This document shows, one piece after another, positions 48,148 to 62,426 of a stretch of DNA of 64,000 bases. A program made the translations under genes and the position numbers. How positions within the stretch are numbered: position 1 is the stretch's first letter; each line of letters begins with the position of its first letter. Origin of the DNA: Nitrospinaceae bacterium (GTDB lineage: Bacteria > Nitrospinota > Nitrospinia > Nitrospinales > JACRGP01); assembly GCA_029261555.1 (NCBI GenBank), contig JAJDBB010000031.1, forward strand, positions 47 through 64,046, in the 5' to 3' direction. Below the pieces are notes generated by a model, which saw only the letters and a list, made by a program, of their open reading frames with translations, was not told the origin of the DNA and did not search any database.

Positions 48148-48365
48148 AAGAAAAAATTCCCAAACTCACGAAACCCAAAAATAAAGCGGATACTTTATAA
48201 TCACTTCTTTGACTTGTCAACCCGTTAACGCTTGTCCCTGCAGCGTCCAAAATAAAATAAACCGGACCCGCCTTAACCGCCAGCATCAATGGGTTTACAT
48301 AAGAATATTTTATTACATTTTCGCAACGGATAAAACCCTATAAAGATTTGATTTTTAAACCTCCA

Positions 48366-49190
48366 CTAAACTCTAGTGGCTCCTTTGGGATCCCATCGGT
48401 CCCGCAAACCCTCGCCCAGGAAATTAAAAGACAAAATCGTCAGAAAAATGGCCAGCGAAGGAAACAAGATCAGGTGAGGATAAAATTTAATCGCCGTCCA
48501 CCCGTCGTTGGCCAAAGTTCCCCAACTGCTCAACGGAGGGCTGACGCCAAGGCCGATAAAACCCAGGGTCGACTCCGCGAGAATGGCCAGGGGGATGCGG
48601 AAGCTCAGCGTCACAACGAGGATACCAATGATGTTGGGAAGAATGTCCTGCGTCATGATCCGGATATGCCCCGCCCCCAACGCCCGCGACGCCTCCACAA
48701 AAGGAAATTCCTTGAGCCGCAACACTTCGCCTCGGACCAGCCGCGCCACCGTCACCCAACTCACCAGGGTCAGCGCCAAAAAAATGCCCGCCATTCCCCG
48801 ACCCATGATCACCGTCAGAAGAATGATTAACAACAAATCCGGAAGCGAAAAAACGACGTCCACAATCCGCATCATGTATTGATCGGTCTTTCCTCCCACA
48901 TAACCGGAAACCGCTCCGTAAATCGTACCGATAATGATCGCCACAAAAGTGGTCGCAAACCCAATGAACAGGGAAATTCTGGCTCCGTAAACGACGCGTG
49001 AAAATAAATCCCGACCCAAACGGTCCGTCCCCATCCAATGGTCCACAGTGGGAGCGGAAAGAATGTTCATGGAATCTTGCGCGTCGTAAGCGTAGGGTGC
49101 CGTCCATGGCGCGAAACAGGCCGCCACTAAAACGATCAATAAAAATCCTCCGCTCAAACGCGCCGGCCAGGGAAAACGCATTGCAGTCAA
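48366..49190 (-). CDS. oppC: Oligopeptide ABC permease
   Basis: HWMGTDRLGRD, FVEASRALGA, ILAESTLGFIGLG. Confidence 0.9.
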   Translation of the reverse strand: MTAMRFPWPARLSGGFLLIVLVAACFAPWTAPYAYDAQDSMNILSAPTVDHWMGTDRLGRDLFSRVVYGARISLFIGFATTFVAIIIGTIYGAVSGYVGGKTDQYMMRIVDVVFSLPDLLLIILLTVIMGRGMAGIFLALTLVSWVTVARLVRGEVLRLKEFPFVEASRALGAGHIRIMTQDILPNIIGILVVTLSFRIPLAILAESTLGFIGLGVSPPLSSWGTLANDGWTAIKFYPHLILFPSLAIFLTILSFNFLGEGLRDRWDPKGATRV

Positions 49191-50101
49191 GCCCTCACTC
49201 TCGGATCGAGTTTCATATAAATCAAGTCCACCATAATATTCGCTAGGACGATCAACACCGCATAAACCAGCGTCACCCCCATGATCAGCGGATAATCCCG
49301 GTTCGACACGGCAGTGATGAAAAAATTCCCCATCCCCGGAACAGAAAAAATAAACTCGATCACAAACGAACCGGTGACCAACCCCGCCGCCAGGGGACCC
49401 AGAACGGACACGACCGGGGAAATGGAGTTTTTCAACGCGTGTTTCAGCAGGACGGCGCCCTCTCCCAGGCCCTTGGCCCGCGCGGTGCGAATGTAATCGG
49501 CGGATAAAACTTCCAGCAACGAGTTACGCGTCAGGCGAGCCACATAGCCCGCAAACCCCGCGCCCAGCGCGAAAGCCGGCATCACCACGTGACGCGGTCC
49601 CTCCCACAACGCCGGCGGCAACAAATGCAGATAGTGCGACAGGACGAGGACCAGCACAGACCCCAGCACAAAGTTGGGAAGCGAAATCCCCAGCGTCGCT
49701 AAAAAAATAACGCCCCGGTCCCACCCGCTGTTGTATTTCCAGGCGGAAAAAATCCCTGCCGGAATCCCAATCCCCAGGCTCACCGCCAAAGCGCATAAGC
49801 CCAAAACGGCGGACACGGGAAACGTGTCGGCGATAATGTCCGCGACGTCCCGCCCGACATATTTATACGACGGCCCAAGATCGCCTCGCGCAACTTGTCC
49901 GACATACAAAATAAACTGCCGCCACACCGGCTGGTCCAGATGATATTTGGCCTCGATATTGGCGATGATTTCCGGAGGTAGTTTTTTATCGCGGTCGAAC
50001 GGTCCGCCGGGCACGCTGTGCATGATAAAAAACGTGAGCGCGATCACCACGAACAATACCGGGATCCCCTGTAACAGGCGCTTGATCGTAAAAATCCACA
50101 T
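49187..50101 (-). CDS. oppB: Oligopeptide ABC permease
   Basis: PGGPF, YHLDQP, GDLGPS, YIRTARAKGL, RDYPLIMG, LDPRV. Confidence 0.92.
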   Translation of the reverse strand: MWIFTIKRLLQGIPVLFVVIALTFFIMHSVPGGPFDRDKKLPPEIIANIEAKYHLDQPVWRQFILYVGQVARGDLGPSYKYVGRDVADIIADTFPVSAVLGLCALAVSLGIGIPAGIFSAWKYNSGWDRGVIFLATLGISLPNFVLGSVLVLVLSHYLHLLPPALWEGPRHVVMPAFALGAGFAGYVARLTRNSLLEVLSADYIRTARAKGLGEGAVLLKHALKNSISPVVSVLGPLAAGLVTGSFVIEFIFSVPGMGNFFITAVSNRDYPLIMGVTLVYAVLIVLANIMVDLIYMKLDPRVRA

Positions 50102-50262
50102 GGTCGGATTTTATCACAGTATGCCCAAGCTCCGTCCAGCGCGGCGGCTTACAAGATTTTTACCGAACACCGGCGGGCTGGTATATAATGACCGTTTGTC
50201 CAGTTTCGGGTTGAAGCCCGGCGCCTATAAAAAAAATAATCATAGCCGTGAGCGGCTCTTAT

Positions 50263-50374
50263 GCCGGGCAAGCGCCCGGTGGCAATATTGATTTGCAAAC
50301 CTAACGTCGCTTTAGCGCTCACCGTATGAGCAACTCCTACTGGGTCCAGCGGCACGCTGGCCAGCGAGTTGCTG
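50263..50374. repeat. Copy D of the structured intergenic repeat
   Basis: gccgggcaagcgcccgg...ttgatttgcaaac...cctactgggtccagcggcacgctggccagcg aligns with copies A and B. Confidence 0.8.
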
Positions 50375-50406
50375 AGAACTAAAATATCCAATTAATAAAG
50401 ATCCCC

Positions 50407-52227
50407 GTGAAATACTATTCCCTGCGCGAGTTCATAGAACGGTTAGAGTTTGAAAACGAGTTAGTCCGCATCGCGGAACCGGTCTCGCCCGTTCTGGAGA
50501 TTGCGGAGATCGCCGACCGTGTATCCAAACAACCCGGCGGCGGCAAGGCCCTGCTGTTTGAAAACGTCGAAGGCTCCGACATGCCCGTCCTCATCAATGC
50601 CTTTGGCAGTCATAAACGCATAAACGCCGCGTTGGGCGTTCACGATATCGAAGAAATCCCCAAAGAGATAGAACGCTTTATCAAACTGTCCCCGCCGCAA
50701 TCCTTGTTCGATAAAGTCAAATTACTCCCCATGTTGCTGGAAGCGAGCGCGTTTCCCCCAAAATTGATCGGGGCAAACAAAGCGCCCTGCCAGGAGATCG
50801 TTCATCTTGGCGACGACGTCGATTTGAGCCGCATTCCCATCCTGCAATGCTGGCCGAACGACGCCGGACGCTTCATCACCTTCCCAATGGTGATCAATCG
50901 CGATTACGAGCGCCGGGTCCGCAACGTCGGCCTCTACCGAATGCAAGTGTTCGACGACAAAACCACCGCCATGCACTGGCATATTCACAAGGACGGCGCG
51001 CATTTTTTTCACGAGTACCGGCGCCAGAATAAAATCATGGAAGTGGCCGTCGCCATCGGCGGCGATCCCGCGGCATGCTACTCGGCTTCCGCTCCCCTAC
51101 CCTACGGGATCGACGAATTTCTGCTCGCGGGATTCATCCGCAAGGCTCCCGTCGAATTGGTCAAATGTAAAACCGTGGAGTTGGAAGTTCCGGCCAGCGC
51201 TGAAATCATTCTTGAAGGTTTCATCGACCCCGCCGAGCTTAGAAAAGAAGGCCCCTTTGGGGACCACACGGGTTATTACTCCCAGGACGGCGATTATCCG
51301 GTCCTGCATTTAACCGCGATCACGCATCGCAAAGATCCCATCTATCTCACCACCATCGTGGGCAAACCGCCACAGGAGGATTTTTATCTCGGCAACGCCA
51401 CGGAACGAATCTTCATGCCTCTATTAAAAACCCAGGCGCCGGAAATTGTCGACATGCATATGCCGGTCGAAGGCGTGTTCCACAATTGCGTGATCGTCTC
51501 CATCGACAAACGCTATCCCCTGCAGGCGCGCCGCCTGATGAGCGCCTTTTGGGGACTGGGCCAGATGAGTTTCGTCAAAACCATTCTGGTCGTCGACGCC
51601 GCAGTCGACGTTAAAAACGTTGAAAGCGTTTTGCGCGTACTGCTGGATACAGTGGACATGGACCGCGACCTGTTTTTTGCCGACGGCGTTCTCGACGTGC
51701 TCAACCACGCTTCAGATAATTTTCTGTACGGATCAAAACTGGGAATCGATGCAACGACCAAGATCGAAGGCGAACCCGGCTTTGGCGCGACTATTGAACC
51801 GCTGGAAGCGCCTGCCCCGGATATTACCGACTCCGTCGTGAAACAATTTCCTGAAGTCCGGGCCGCGCGCCTTTTGGAATTGCAGGTCAAGCATCCGGTC
51901 CTACTGGTCGCCCGCGAAAAAACCGGCCCCTTTCAAACCGCCGAATTCATCCGGAAGTTTTTACAACAAGCTGATTCTAACGGCGTCGCCATTGTTATCG
52001 TATTTGAAGGACACGTGGACGTCCAAAACTACTCCGAAGCGATGTGGAAATTTTTCAACAACATCGACCCACGCCGCGATTTTCATTTCCACGACGGGCG
52101 ATTGGGAATAGACGCTGGGAAAAAGTTTCCCGAAGAAGGTTACAAACAAGAGTGGCCCGACGAAATTGAAATGTCCGAAGAAATAAAAAACCGCGTCGAT
52201 AAAAAATGGGGCCGCTTATTCCCATGA
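50407..52227 (+). CDS. UbiD-family decarboxylase (menaquinone/futalosine-pathway type)
   Basis: WPNDAGRFIT, NVGLYRMQ, MHWHIHKDG, EGPFGDHTGYY, GSKLGIDAT; GTG start. Confidence 0.9.
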   Translation: MKYYSLREFIERLEFENELVRIAEPVSPVLEIAEIADRVSKQPGGGKALLFENVEGSDMPVLINAFGSHKRINAALGVHDIEEIPKEIERFIKLSPPQSLFDKVKLLPMLLEASAFPPKLIGANKAPCQEIVHLGDDVDLSRIPILQCWPNDAGRFITFPMVINRDYERRVRNVGLYRMQVFDDKTTAMHWHIHKDGAHFFHEYRRQNKIMEVAVAIGGDPAACYSASAPLPYGIDEFLLAGFIRKAPVELVKCKTVELEVPASAEIILEGFIDPAELRKEGPFGDHTGYYSQDGDYPVLHLTAITHRKDPIYLTTIVGKPPQEDFYLGNATERIFMPLLKTQAPEIVDMHMPVEGVFHNCVIVSIDKRYPLQARRLMSAFWGLGQMSFVKTILVVDAAVDVKNVESVLRVLLDTVDMDRDLFFADGVLDVLNHASDNFLYGSKLGIDATTKIEGEPGFGATIEPLEAPAPDITDSVVKQFPEVRAARLLELQVKHPVLLVAREKTGPFQTAEFIRKFLQQADSNGVAIVIVFEGHVDVQNYSEAMWKFFNNIDPRRDFHFHDGRLGIDAGKKFPEEGYKQEWPDEIEMSEEIKNRVDKKWGRLFP

Positions 52228-52256
52228 ACCTATCCTTGGAAAAATAATAAACCAAC

Positions 52257-55088
<2,832 letters not shown>

Positions 55089-55094
55089 TCGGGG

Positions 55095-55172
55095 AAGCAC
55101 CGGCAATCCAGAAGCGTTGGGTTGCTTCACTTCGTTCGCAATGACGTAATTCCTGCCCCCACGGCGAGTGGC
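55095..55172. repeat. Palindromic REP-like remnant plus a 20-bp fragment shared with repeat copy A
   Basis: gcaatcca-N7-tgggttgc hairpin followed by ttcacttcgttcgcaatgac; ctgcccccacggcgagtggc (55153-55172) matches 10483-10502 at 18/20. Confidence 0.6.
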
Positions 55173-55174
55173 GG

Positions 55175-55585
55175 TTAATTCTTGGAAGGGGTTTCCAGGC
55201 GGGCGATTGCGCGGAACAGTTTCAACTGTGTCGCCTCGAACTCGTCCTCGGAAAGGTCGGCCTTAGCCAGTTTGGCTTCGGCGTCTGCCTTGGCGGCCTC
55301 GGCGCGGGTGCGGTCGATTTCATCCAGAAACTCGGCGGTTTCAGCGAGCACGGTCACGCGATTATCGGTGACTTCCATGTAGCCGCCGCTCACCACCATT
55401 TGCACGACGTCGTCGCCTTTTTCGTAGGACAAGGGTCCGGATCGAAGCGTGGTGATCAACGGCGCGTGGTCCGCCAGAACGCCCAAGTCCCCGTCTTCTC
55501 CGGGAACGTTGACCTGGTCGACTTCCTCGTTGACCACGTTTTTAGCGGGCGTGACTATTGATAGCTGGATTTTATTTTCGGCCAT
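55175..55585 (-). CDS. atpC: ATP synthase epsilon subunit
   Basis: IVTP, GDLGVLADHAPL, SGGYMEV. Confidence 0.95.
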   Translation of the reverse strand: MAENKIQLSIVTPAKNVVNEEVDQVNVPGEDGDLGVLADHAPLITTLRSGPLSYEKGDDVVQMVVSGGYMEVTDNRVTVLAETAEFLDEIDRTRAEAAKADAEAKLAKADLSEDEFEATQLKLFRAIARLETPSKN

Positions 55586-55587
55586 GA

Positions 55588-57030
<1,443 letters not shown>

Positions 57031-57903
57031 TTATCCTTTGAGGGCTTCGGCCCCGTTCACCACTTCTATCAATTCTTTCGTAATATAAGCCTGTCGCGCT
57101 CGGTTATAAAACAGGGTGAGATCGTCGATCATTTCCCCCGCGTTCCGGGTGGCGCTGTCCATCGCCGTCATGCGCGCGCCGTGTTCGCTGGCGGTGGACT
57201 CCAGACAGGCCCGGTAAATTTCCACGGCCATGTAACGGCCCAAAAGTGTTTCCAGAATAGACTCTTCGTCCGGCTCATAGATATAATCGACGTCATGCAT
57301 TTTACCGTCGGAGTCGGTCGCCATGTCTTCCGGAACGATGGGCAGTAATTGCTCCAGAATCACCTCTTGCTGAATGACGGATTTGAATTCGTTATAGACC
57401 AGGCTGACTTTATCCACCTTGCCATCGACGAACATTTCAGAAATGAACTTGGCCATTTCGGCGGCTCTCTGGTACTCAAAATCTTTGCCCCAGTTCAGGT
57501 ACTCGCGCTCGATCTTCAATCCTCTCGAGCGGCAAATGTCCCTTCCCTTTTTGCCCATTGCGACGACGGAAATCTCCTTGCCGGCGTTTTCCTCAACGGC
57601 GGCCATCAACCTTTTGAGCACGTTGCCGTTGAACCCGCCGCACAAGCCTTTGTCGGAGGTGACAACGATAAAGAGAACTTTTTTCTCCTCGCGCTGGTTC
57701 AATAGCGGATGCAGATCCTTGTTGCACCGGGCGGCGAGGTGATGGAGCACTTCCATCAGCTTGACGGCGTAGGGACGCTCGTTGAGGATCGCCTCCTGGG
57801 CCTTGCGAAGCTTGGACGCGGCCACCAGTTTCATCGCCTTGGTGATCTGCTGGGTGTTCTTAACGCTTCCTATTCTTCTTTTTATGTCTCGTAGGTTTGG
57901 CAT
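57031..57903 (-). CDS. atpG: ATP synthase gamma subunit
   Basis: ITKAMKLVAASK, DKGLCG, RQAYITKEL. Confidence 0.97.
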   Translation of the reverse strand: MPNLRDIKRRIGSVKNTQQITKAMKLVAASKLRKAQEAILNERPYAVKLMEVLHHLAARCNKDLHPLLNQREEKKVLFIVVTSDKGLCGGFNGNVLKRLMAAVEENAGKEISVVAMGKKGRDICRSRGLKIEREYLNWGKDFEYQRAAEMAKFISEMFVDGKVDKVSLVYNEFKSVIQQEVILEQLLPIVPEDMATDSDGKMHDVDYIYEPDEESILETLLGRYMAVEIYRACLESTASEHGARMTAMDSATRNAGEMIDDLTLFYNRARQAYITKELIEVVNGAEALKG

Positions 57904-57911
57904 ACGCGGCT

Positions 57912-59414
57912 TTAAAAGATTTCCTTGTATTTGTTGACGGCGTCCTTGAGCTGGCTTTCGATATCGTCGTCCAGTTTTTTGGCCGATTCAATTTTGTCCA
58001 TAATATCCTTATGCTTTTCCTGAACGTAATTCAAAATCCCCGTGATGAACCGCTGGACGTCTGCGGTGGGAATATCGTCCATCAACCCGCGCACTCCGCA
58101 AAAAATCTGGATGACCTGTTCGACAAACGTCAACGGCTTGTACTGTCCCTGTTTCAATAACTCCACCAGCCGTTCGCCGCGCAATAGTTGAGCCTGGGTT
58201 GTGGGGTCGAGATCGGACCCGAACTGGGCAAAAGCCGCCAGTTCCCGATACTGGGCAAGGTCCAGACGAAGCTGTCCGGCGACCTGCTTCATCGCCTTGG
58301 TCTGAGCGGCGCCGCCGACCCTGGAAACGGACAGACCGACGTTGATCGCCGGGCGTACGCCGGAATAAAACAGGTCGGTTTCCAGAAAAATCTGCCCGTC
58401 GGTGATGGAGATGACGTTGGTCGGAATATAAGCCGAAACGTCTCCCGCCTGGGTTTCGATGATCGGCAAGGCCGTGAGCGAACCGGCGCCGAGTTCGTCG
58501 CTCACCTTGGCGGAGCGCTCCAGCAAGCGTGAATGCAAGTAGAAAACGTCGCCGGGATACGCCTCGCGTCCCGGAGGCCGACGCAGAAGCAAAGACAGTT
58601 GCCGGTAAGCCGCGGCTTGCTTGGATAAATCGTCGTAAACAATGAGTCCGTGCTGTCCGTTGTCGCGGAAATACTCGCCCATGGCGCAACCGGTGTACGG
58701 GGCGATATACTGCATGGGAGCCGGGTCGCTCGCGGTAGCGGCCACCACGATGGTGTATTTCATCGCGTCGTTTTGCTCCAACGTTTTAACCACGCGGGCG
58801 ACGGTGGATCGTTTTTGCCCGACGGCGACGTATACGCAAATAACGTTTTCGGATTTCTGGTTGAGGATGGCGTCGATGGCGACGGCGGTTTTACCCGTTT
58901 GCCGGTCGCCGATAATCAATTCGCGCTGTCCGCGTCCGACGGGAATCATCCCGTCGATCGCCTTGATCCCGGTTTGCAAAGGTTCGTGAACGGACTTGCG
59001 GTCGATAACGCCGGGCGCGACGCGCTCGATGGGTCCAAATTGTTTCGCGTTGATGGGACCCTTGCCGTCGATAGGCTCGCCGAGACCATTGACCACGCGC
59101 CCGACCAGCTCCGGTCCAACAGGAACTTCCATAACGCGATTGGTCCGCTTGACCTCGTCGCCCTCTTTGACGTTGCTGTCGAAACCAAACAAAACGGAAC
59201 CGATATTATCTTCCTCCAGGTTCAACACCATTCCCATGACGTCGCCCGGAAACTCTAACAGTTCTCCGGCCATGGCGTTTTCCAAGCCGTAGATACGGGC
59301 GATGCCGTCTCCGACGGAAATGACCCGACCGGTTTCCTTGAGTTCCACGCTTTCGTCGAAGCCCTGAATTTGTTTTTGTATCAGGGTGCTGATCTCATCG
59401 GCGCGCAAATTCAC
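57912..59414 (-). CDS. atpA: ATP synthase alpha subunit
   Basis: [21 protein letters not shown]; GTG start. Confidence 0.98.
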   Translation of the reverse strand: MNLRADEISTLIQKQIQGFDESVELKETGRVISVGDGIARIYGLENAMAGELLEFPGDVMGMVLNLEEDNIGSVLFGFDSNVKEGDEVKRTNRVMEVPVGPELVGRVVNGLGEPIDGKGPINAKQFGPIERVAPGVIDRKSVHEPLQTGIKAIDGMIPVGRGQRELIIGDRQTGKTAVAIDAILNQKSENVICVYVAVGQKRSTVARVVKTLEQNDAMKYTIVVAATASDPAPMQYIAPYTGCAMGEYFRDNGQHGLIVYDDLSKQAAAYRQLSLLLRRPPGREAYPGDVFYLHSRLLERSAKVSDELGAGSLTALPIIETQAGDVSAYIPTNVISITDGQIFLETDLFYSGVRPAINVGLSVSRVGGAAQTKAMKQVAGQLRLDLAQYRELAAFAQFGSDLDPTTQAQLLRGERLVELLKQGQYKPLTFVEQVIQIFCGVRGLMDDIPTADVQRFITGILNYVQEKHKDIMDKIESAKKLDDDIESQLKDAVNKYKEIF

Positions 59415-59966
59415 TTAAACAACCTCCTCTTTTTCGATAGCCTGTTTTAGCAAGGCCAGACGGTTTTTGATCGACCCGTCCAAAACCAGGCCTTCAATCT
59501 GCAGAACCATCCCGCCTATGAGGGATTCGTCCACTTGAGTTTCCAATAGAATGTCTTTTTTATATATTCGCCCCAGGGACTCCCGCAGTTTCCCGGTTTG
59601 CTCGGAGCTTAACTCGCTGGCGGAAGTAACGCCGGCGCGGGCGCGGCCTAATCGCGCGTCCACGACTTTCTCGAAATATTCCCGGATGGGATCGAGAAAA
59701 AGTATTTTTTTCCTCTCGGTCAGCAACTGAACGAGGTTGCGAACGGTTTTCTCTACCTGAAAGCGATCGCATAACTCATCGACCATGCCCGCCTTGTTTT
59801 CTTGCGGAATGGAAGGGTGGGCGAAAAAGTTTTTTAATTTGGGTTCCGTCCGAAAGGTTTCGCAAAACGAACCCAAACCTTCCAGAGCCTTCGACAACCC
59901 GGCGTCGTCGCTTATGGAGTTTGCCAGGGCTACGGCGTAACGTTTTCCAACTATATTTTCCAGCAT
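59415..59966 (-). CDS. atpH: ATP synthase delta subunit
   Basis: KRYAVAL, VDESLIGG, LDGSIK; operon position. Confidence 0.93.
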   Translation of the reverse strand: MLENIVGKRYAVALANSISDDAGLSKALEGLGSFCETFRTEPKLKNFFAHPSIPQENKAGMVDELCDRFQVEKTVRNLVQLLTERKKILFLDPIREYFEKVVDARLGRARAGVTSASELSSEQTGKLRESLGRIYKKDILLETQVDESLIGGMVLQIEGLVLDGSIKNRLALLKQAIEKEEVV

Positions 59967-60037
59967 GCGGTATTGGGTTTCCAAAAAGCCCGCAACGGCG
60001 GGCGAATTCTAAATGCGTTAAAAGCAACGGGACGTTA

Positions 60038-60553
60038 TCAGGCCCTCTTTTCCAACTCCTGAATCACTTCCTCGATGGTTTCGTCCACGACGCGTTTTTG
60101 TTCCTTTTCGTCCATCGCCTTTTTCAGAATCCTCTCGGTCGAGGCGATGGTGAGAGCGGCGGTGTAGCTTCGAATTTCGCTCAACAATTTGTTCCGGGAA
60201 GCCTGGATTTCATGCTCGGCCTCTTTAATCATCTGGCGCACCTTGCCCTGCGTATCCTGCAGGGATTTCTCGGTTTCCTTTTTGGACGAATCATGGGCCA
60301 ATTGAATAATATCGTTGGCCTTCTCATGAGCGGTTTTCAATTGTCGATCAAAGTCGGCCTTTAACTTTTCGGCGTCCTGATTAATTTTCTCTGCGCCTTC
60401 AATGTCGTCGCGAATTTTCTTTTCGCGCGCGTCGAGGATTTCGAGAATCGGCGGAAAGGCGAATTTCTTTAACAGAAACAGCAGGGCGACAAATGAAATC
60501 ACCGACCAAAAGATCAGGGAACTGAAGACTGAAACTTGCTCAAATTGTGGCAT
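60038..60553 (-). CDS. atpF: ATP synthase b subunit
   Basis: N-terminal TM, PPILEILDAREKKI, coiled coil. Confidence 0.93.
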   Translation of the reverse strand: MPQFEQVSVFSSLIFWSVISFVALLFLLKKFAFPPILEILDAREKKIRDDIEGAEKINQDAEKLKADFDRQLKTAHEKANDIIQLAHDSSKKETEKSLQDTQGKVRQMIKEAEHEIQASRNKLLSEIRSYTAALTIASTERILKKAMDEKEQKRVVDETIEEVIQELEKRA

Positions 60554-60635
60554 CGTTCGTTGGAATCCGTAAAAGGTTCACTAATCGGGGGAAACCCGGC
60601 GCAACGCGCGTCCCCCGTCCCAGGCGCGAAGGCCT

Positions 60636-60857
60636 TCAGGGCATGATGATAAAGGCGATGACCAGGGCGTAAAGCGCGATAGCTTCTACCAGCGCGAACC
60701 CGATCCAACAATATTTGGCCACACGGGCTTCGGCGTTGGGCTGTCGGCCTACGGTCTCAATGGTCTTGGCGAAAATGTAGGCGATCCCGATAGCGGCTCC
60801 AAAAAATCCGGCCGCGCACAATCCCATTCCTATATAAGCTGCCGATGTTGCATCCAT
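60636..60857 (-). CDS. atpE: ATP synthase c subunit (H+-type)
   Basis: RQP loop, ALVEAIALY; lacks the Q...ES/T Na+ signature. Confidence 0.95.
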   Translation of the reverse strand: MDATSAAYIGMGLCAAGFFGAAIGIAYIFAKTIETVGRQPNAEARVAKYCWIGFALVEAIALYALVIAFIIMP

Positions 60858-60884
60858 TCCCTTTTCTCCTGTAAGTAAAGTTAA

Positions 60885-61622
60885 CTAATGTAATTTGATA
60901 ACGTCGCCAATATAAACGCAGGTCAGCGTGGTAAATATATACGCCTGGATGACGGCGATCGCGATTTCTAGTCCATTAATAATAACGGTGAATCCCAAGG
61001 GCAACCAGCCAATCCACATGGGGGCCGAAAGACCAAGCCCGAACAGCACGGCCAAAACCGTATGCCCCGCCGTCATATTGGCAAACAGCCGGACGGACAA
61101 CGAGATGGGCCGGGCAAGCATGCTTATGATCTCGATGGGAACCATGACGGGTATCATTATTTTCGGCACGCCGGGCGGCACAAGGATCGAGAAAAAATGC
61201 CCGCCATGCTTGCTGATACCGATGATTAGTGTCATCACAAAAATGATCACCGCAAAAGTTCCGGTGACTACCAGTTGACTGGTAATGGTGTAGGAACCGG
61301 GGATCAACCCGATCAGATTGCAACAAAGAATGAAGAAGAACAGCGTTCCCACGAAATTAAAATACTTCATCCCTTCGTCGCCGATAAATTCCTTGACCAT
61401 TCCCTTTATGAATTCGAGCGACATTTCCAGCATGCTCTGCAGTTTGCCGGGAATCATGGACGTGCCCTTTTTGCCTACGAGCATGAACAATCCGTAAACC
61501 ACGGCCATGCCAATCCACATGGCAATGACAGCCTTGTTGATCGACAGGTCCAATCCGCCCAGATGAATATCTACGATGGGGTGAAGCTCAAAATGATGTA
61601 GTGGACTTTCTTTCTCTGCCAT
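60885..61622 (-). CDS. atpB: ATP synthase a subunit
   Basis: NLIGLIP, LSVRLFANMTAGH, IQAYIF. Confidence 0.96.
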   Translation of the reverse strand: MAEKESPLHHFELHPIVDIHLGGLDLSINKAVIAMWIGMAVVYGLFMLVGKKGTSMIPGKLQSMLEMSLEFIKGMVKEFIGDEGMKYFNFVGTLFFFILCCNLIGLIPGSYTITSQLVVTGTFAVIIFVMTLIIGISKHGGHFFSILVPPGVPKIMIPVMVPIEIISMLARPISLSVRLFANMTAGHTVLAVLFGLGLSAPMWIGWLPLGFTVIINGLEIAIAVIQAYIFTTLTCVYIGDVIKLH

Positions 61623-61876
61623 TAGGGGTTTGAATCCGTTTCGTTGTTATCGTTTTCGTTATTTTCGTTAATAGTTTGCATTGCAGTGCGATACACGCCC
61701 AGGCAACCCGCCGCCCCGCCAAAGATAACGCCTAGCGCCAAAAACCAGGGTCGGGTTCCAAATAACCAGTCCAGAGCGTATCCCATACCGGCTCCTATCA
61801 AGGTGGCCGCAACCATTTCCGTGCCCAGCCTGGCCGCAAAGCCCATTCCTTGATGAAACCCGTTATCCTGACCCAT
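61622..61876 (-). CDS. AtpZ/AtpI family protein
   Basis: GYALDWLFGTRPW two-TM motif at the head of the atp operon; start placed at ATG 61876. Confidence 0.85.
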   Translation of the reverse strand: MGQDNGFHQGMGFAARLGTEMVAATLIGAGMGYALDWLFGTRPWFLALGVIFGGAAGCLGVYRTAMQTINENNENDNNETDSNP

Positions 61877-62099
61877 GAATCCCCATGCTTTTACCCCATT
61901 GGGTAAAAAACCGCCCTCTATTTTGAACCATTTCAATAAAAATTATATTGAAACAAAACTGCGGGGGGATTTCAGGAGTCTCTATTAATTGGATACTTCT
62001 ATTTTCGGCAATTCGCCGCCCTTATAAAGGGCCGCTCACGGCCATGATCCATTTCTAGAGACGCCCTCGGCAAAAGGCGCCAGTCGCCGATGCTAACCA

Positions 62100-62426
62100 T
62101 CAATAGGGCAGTTCCCCATGGGTCGCCTCGAACTCTTCCAGCGAAACCATATCAATGGCGTCCCAGGGGCAACCTTCCAAATAGGTGTCCATGGGTCCCG
62201 ATGAAATGCATTTCTTGCACCCGATGCAGAGCAAGTGGTCCACCTCGACCCGATTAAAAATTTTTGCGTCGGGGTTTTGCACCTCGTACATGCAACTATC
62301 CACCGGGCATTCGGTAATGCATATCGGCGAACCGCCGCAACCCGTGCAGGCGTCGTTGATAACGGCCAGAATCTTAGGCTTGCGTTTCCTTTGGACGTTT
62401 CTTTTTGTTTTCTCTTTGACTGCCAT
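62100..62426 (-). CDS. 2x[4Fe-4S] ferredoxin-like protein
   Basis: CTGCGGSPICITECP and CIGCKKC...GCPWDAI. Confidence 0.85.
   Translation of the reverse strand: MAVKEKTKRNVQRKRKPKILAVINDACTGCGGSPICITECPVDSCMYEVQNPDAKIFNRVEVDHLLCIGCKKCISSGPMDTYLEGCPWDAIDMVSLEEFEATHGELPY

Noticed and set aside
60636-60857. Na+-translocating or N-type ATPase
   Set aside because: The c subunit lacks the Na+ ligand signature, and the gene order is the standard F-type including delta.
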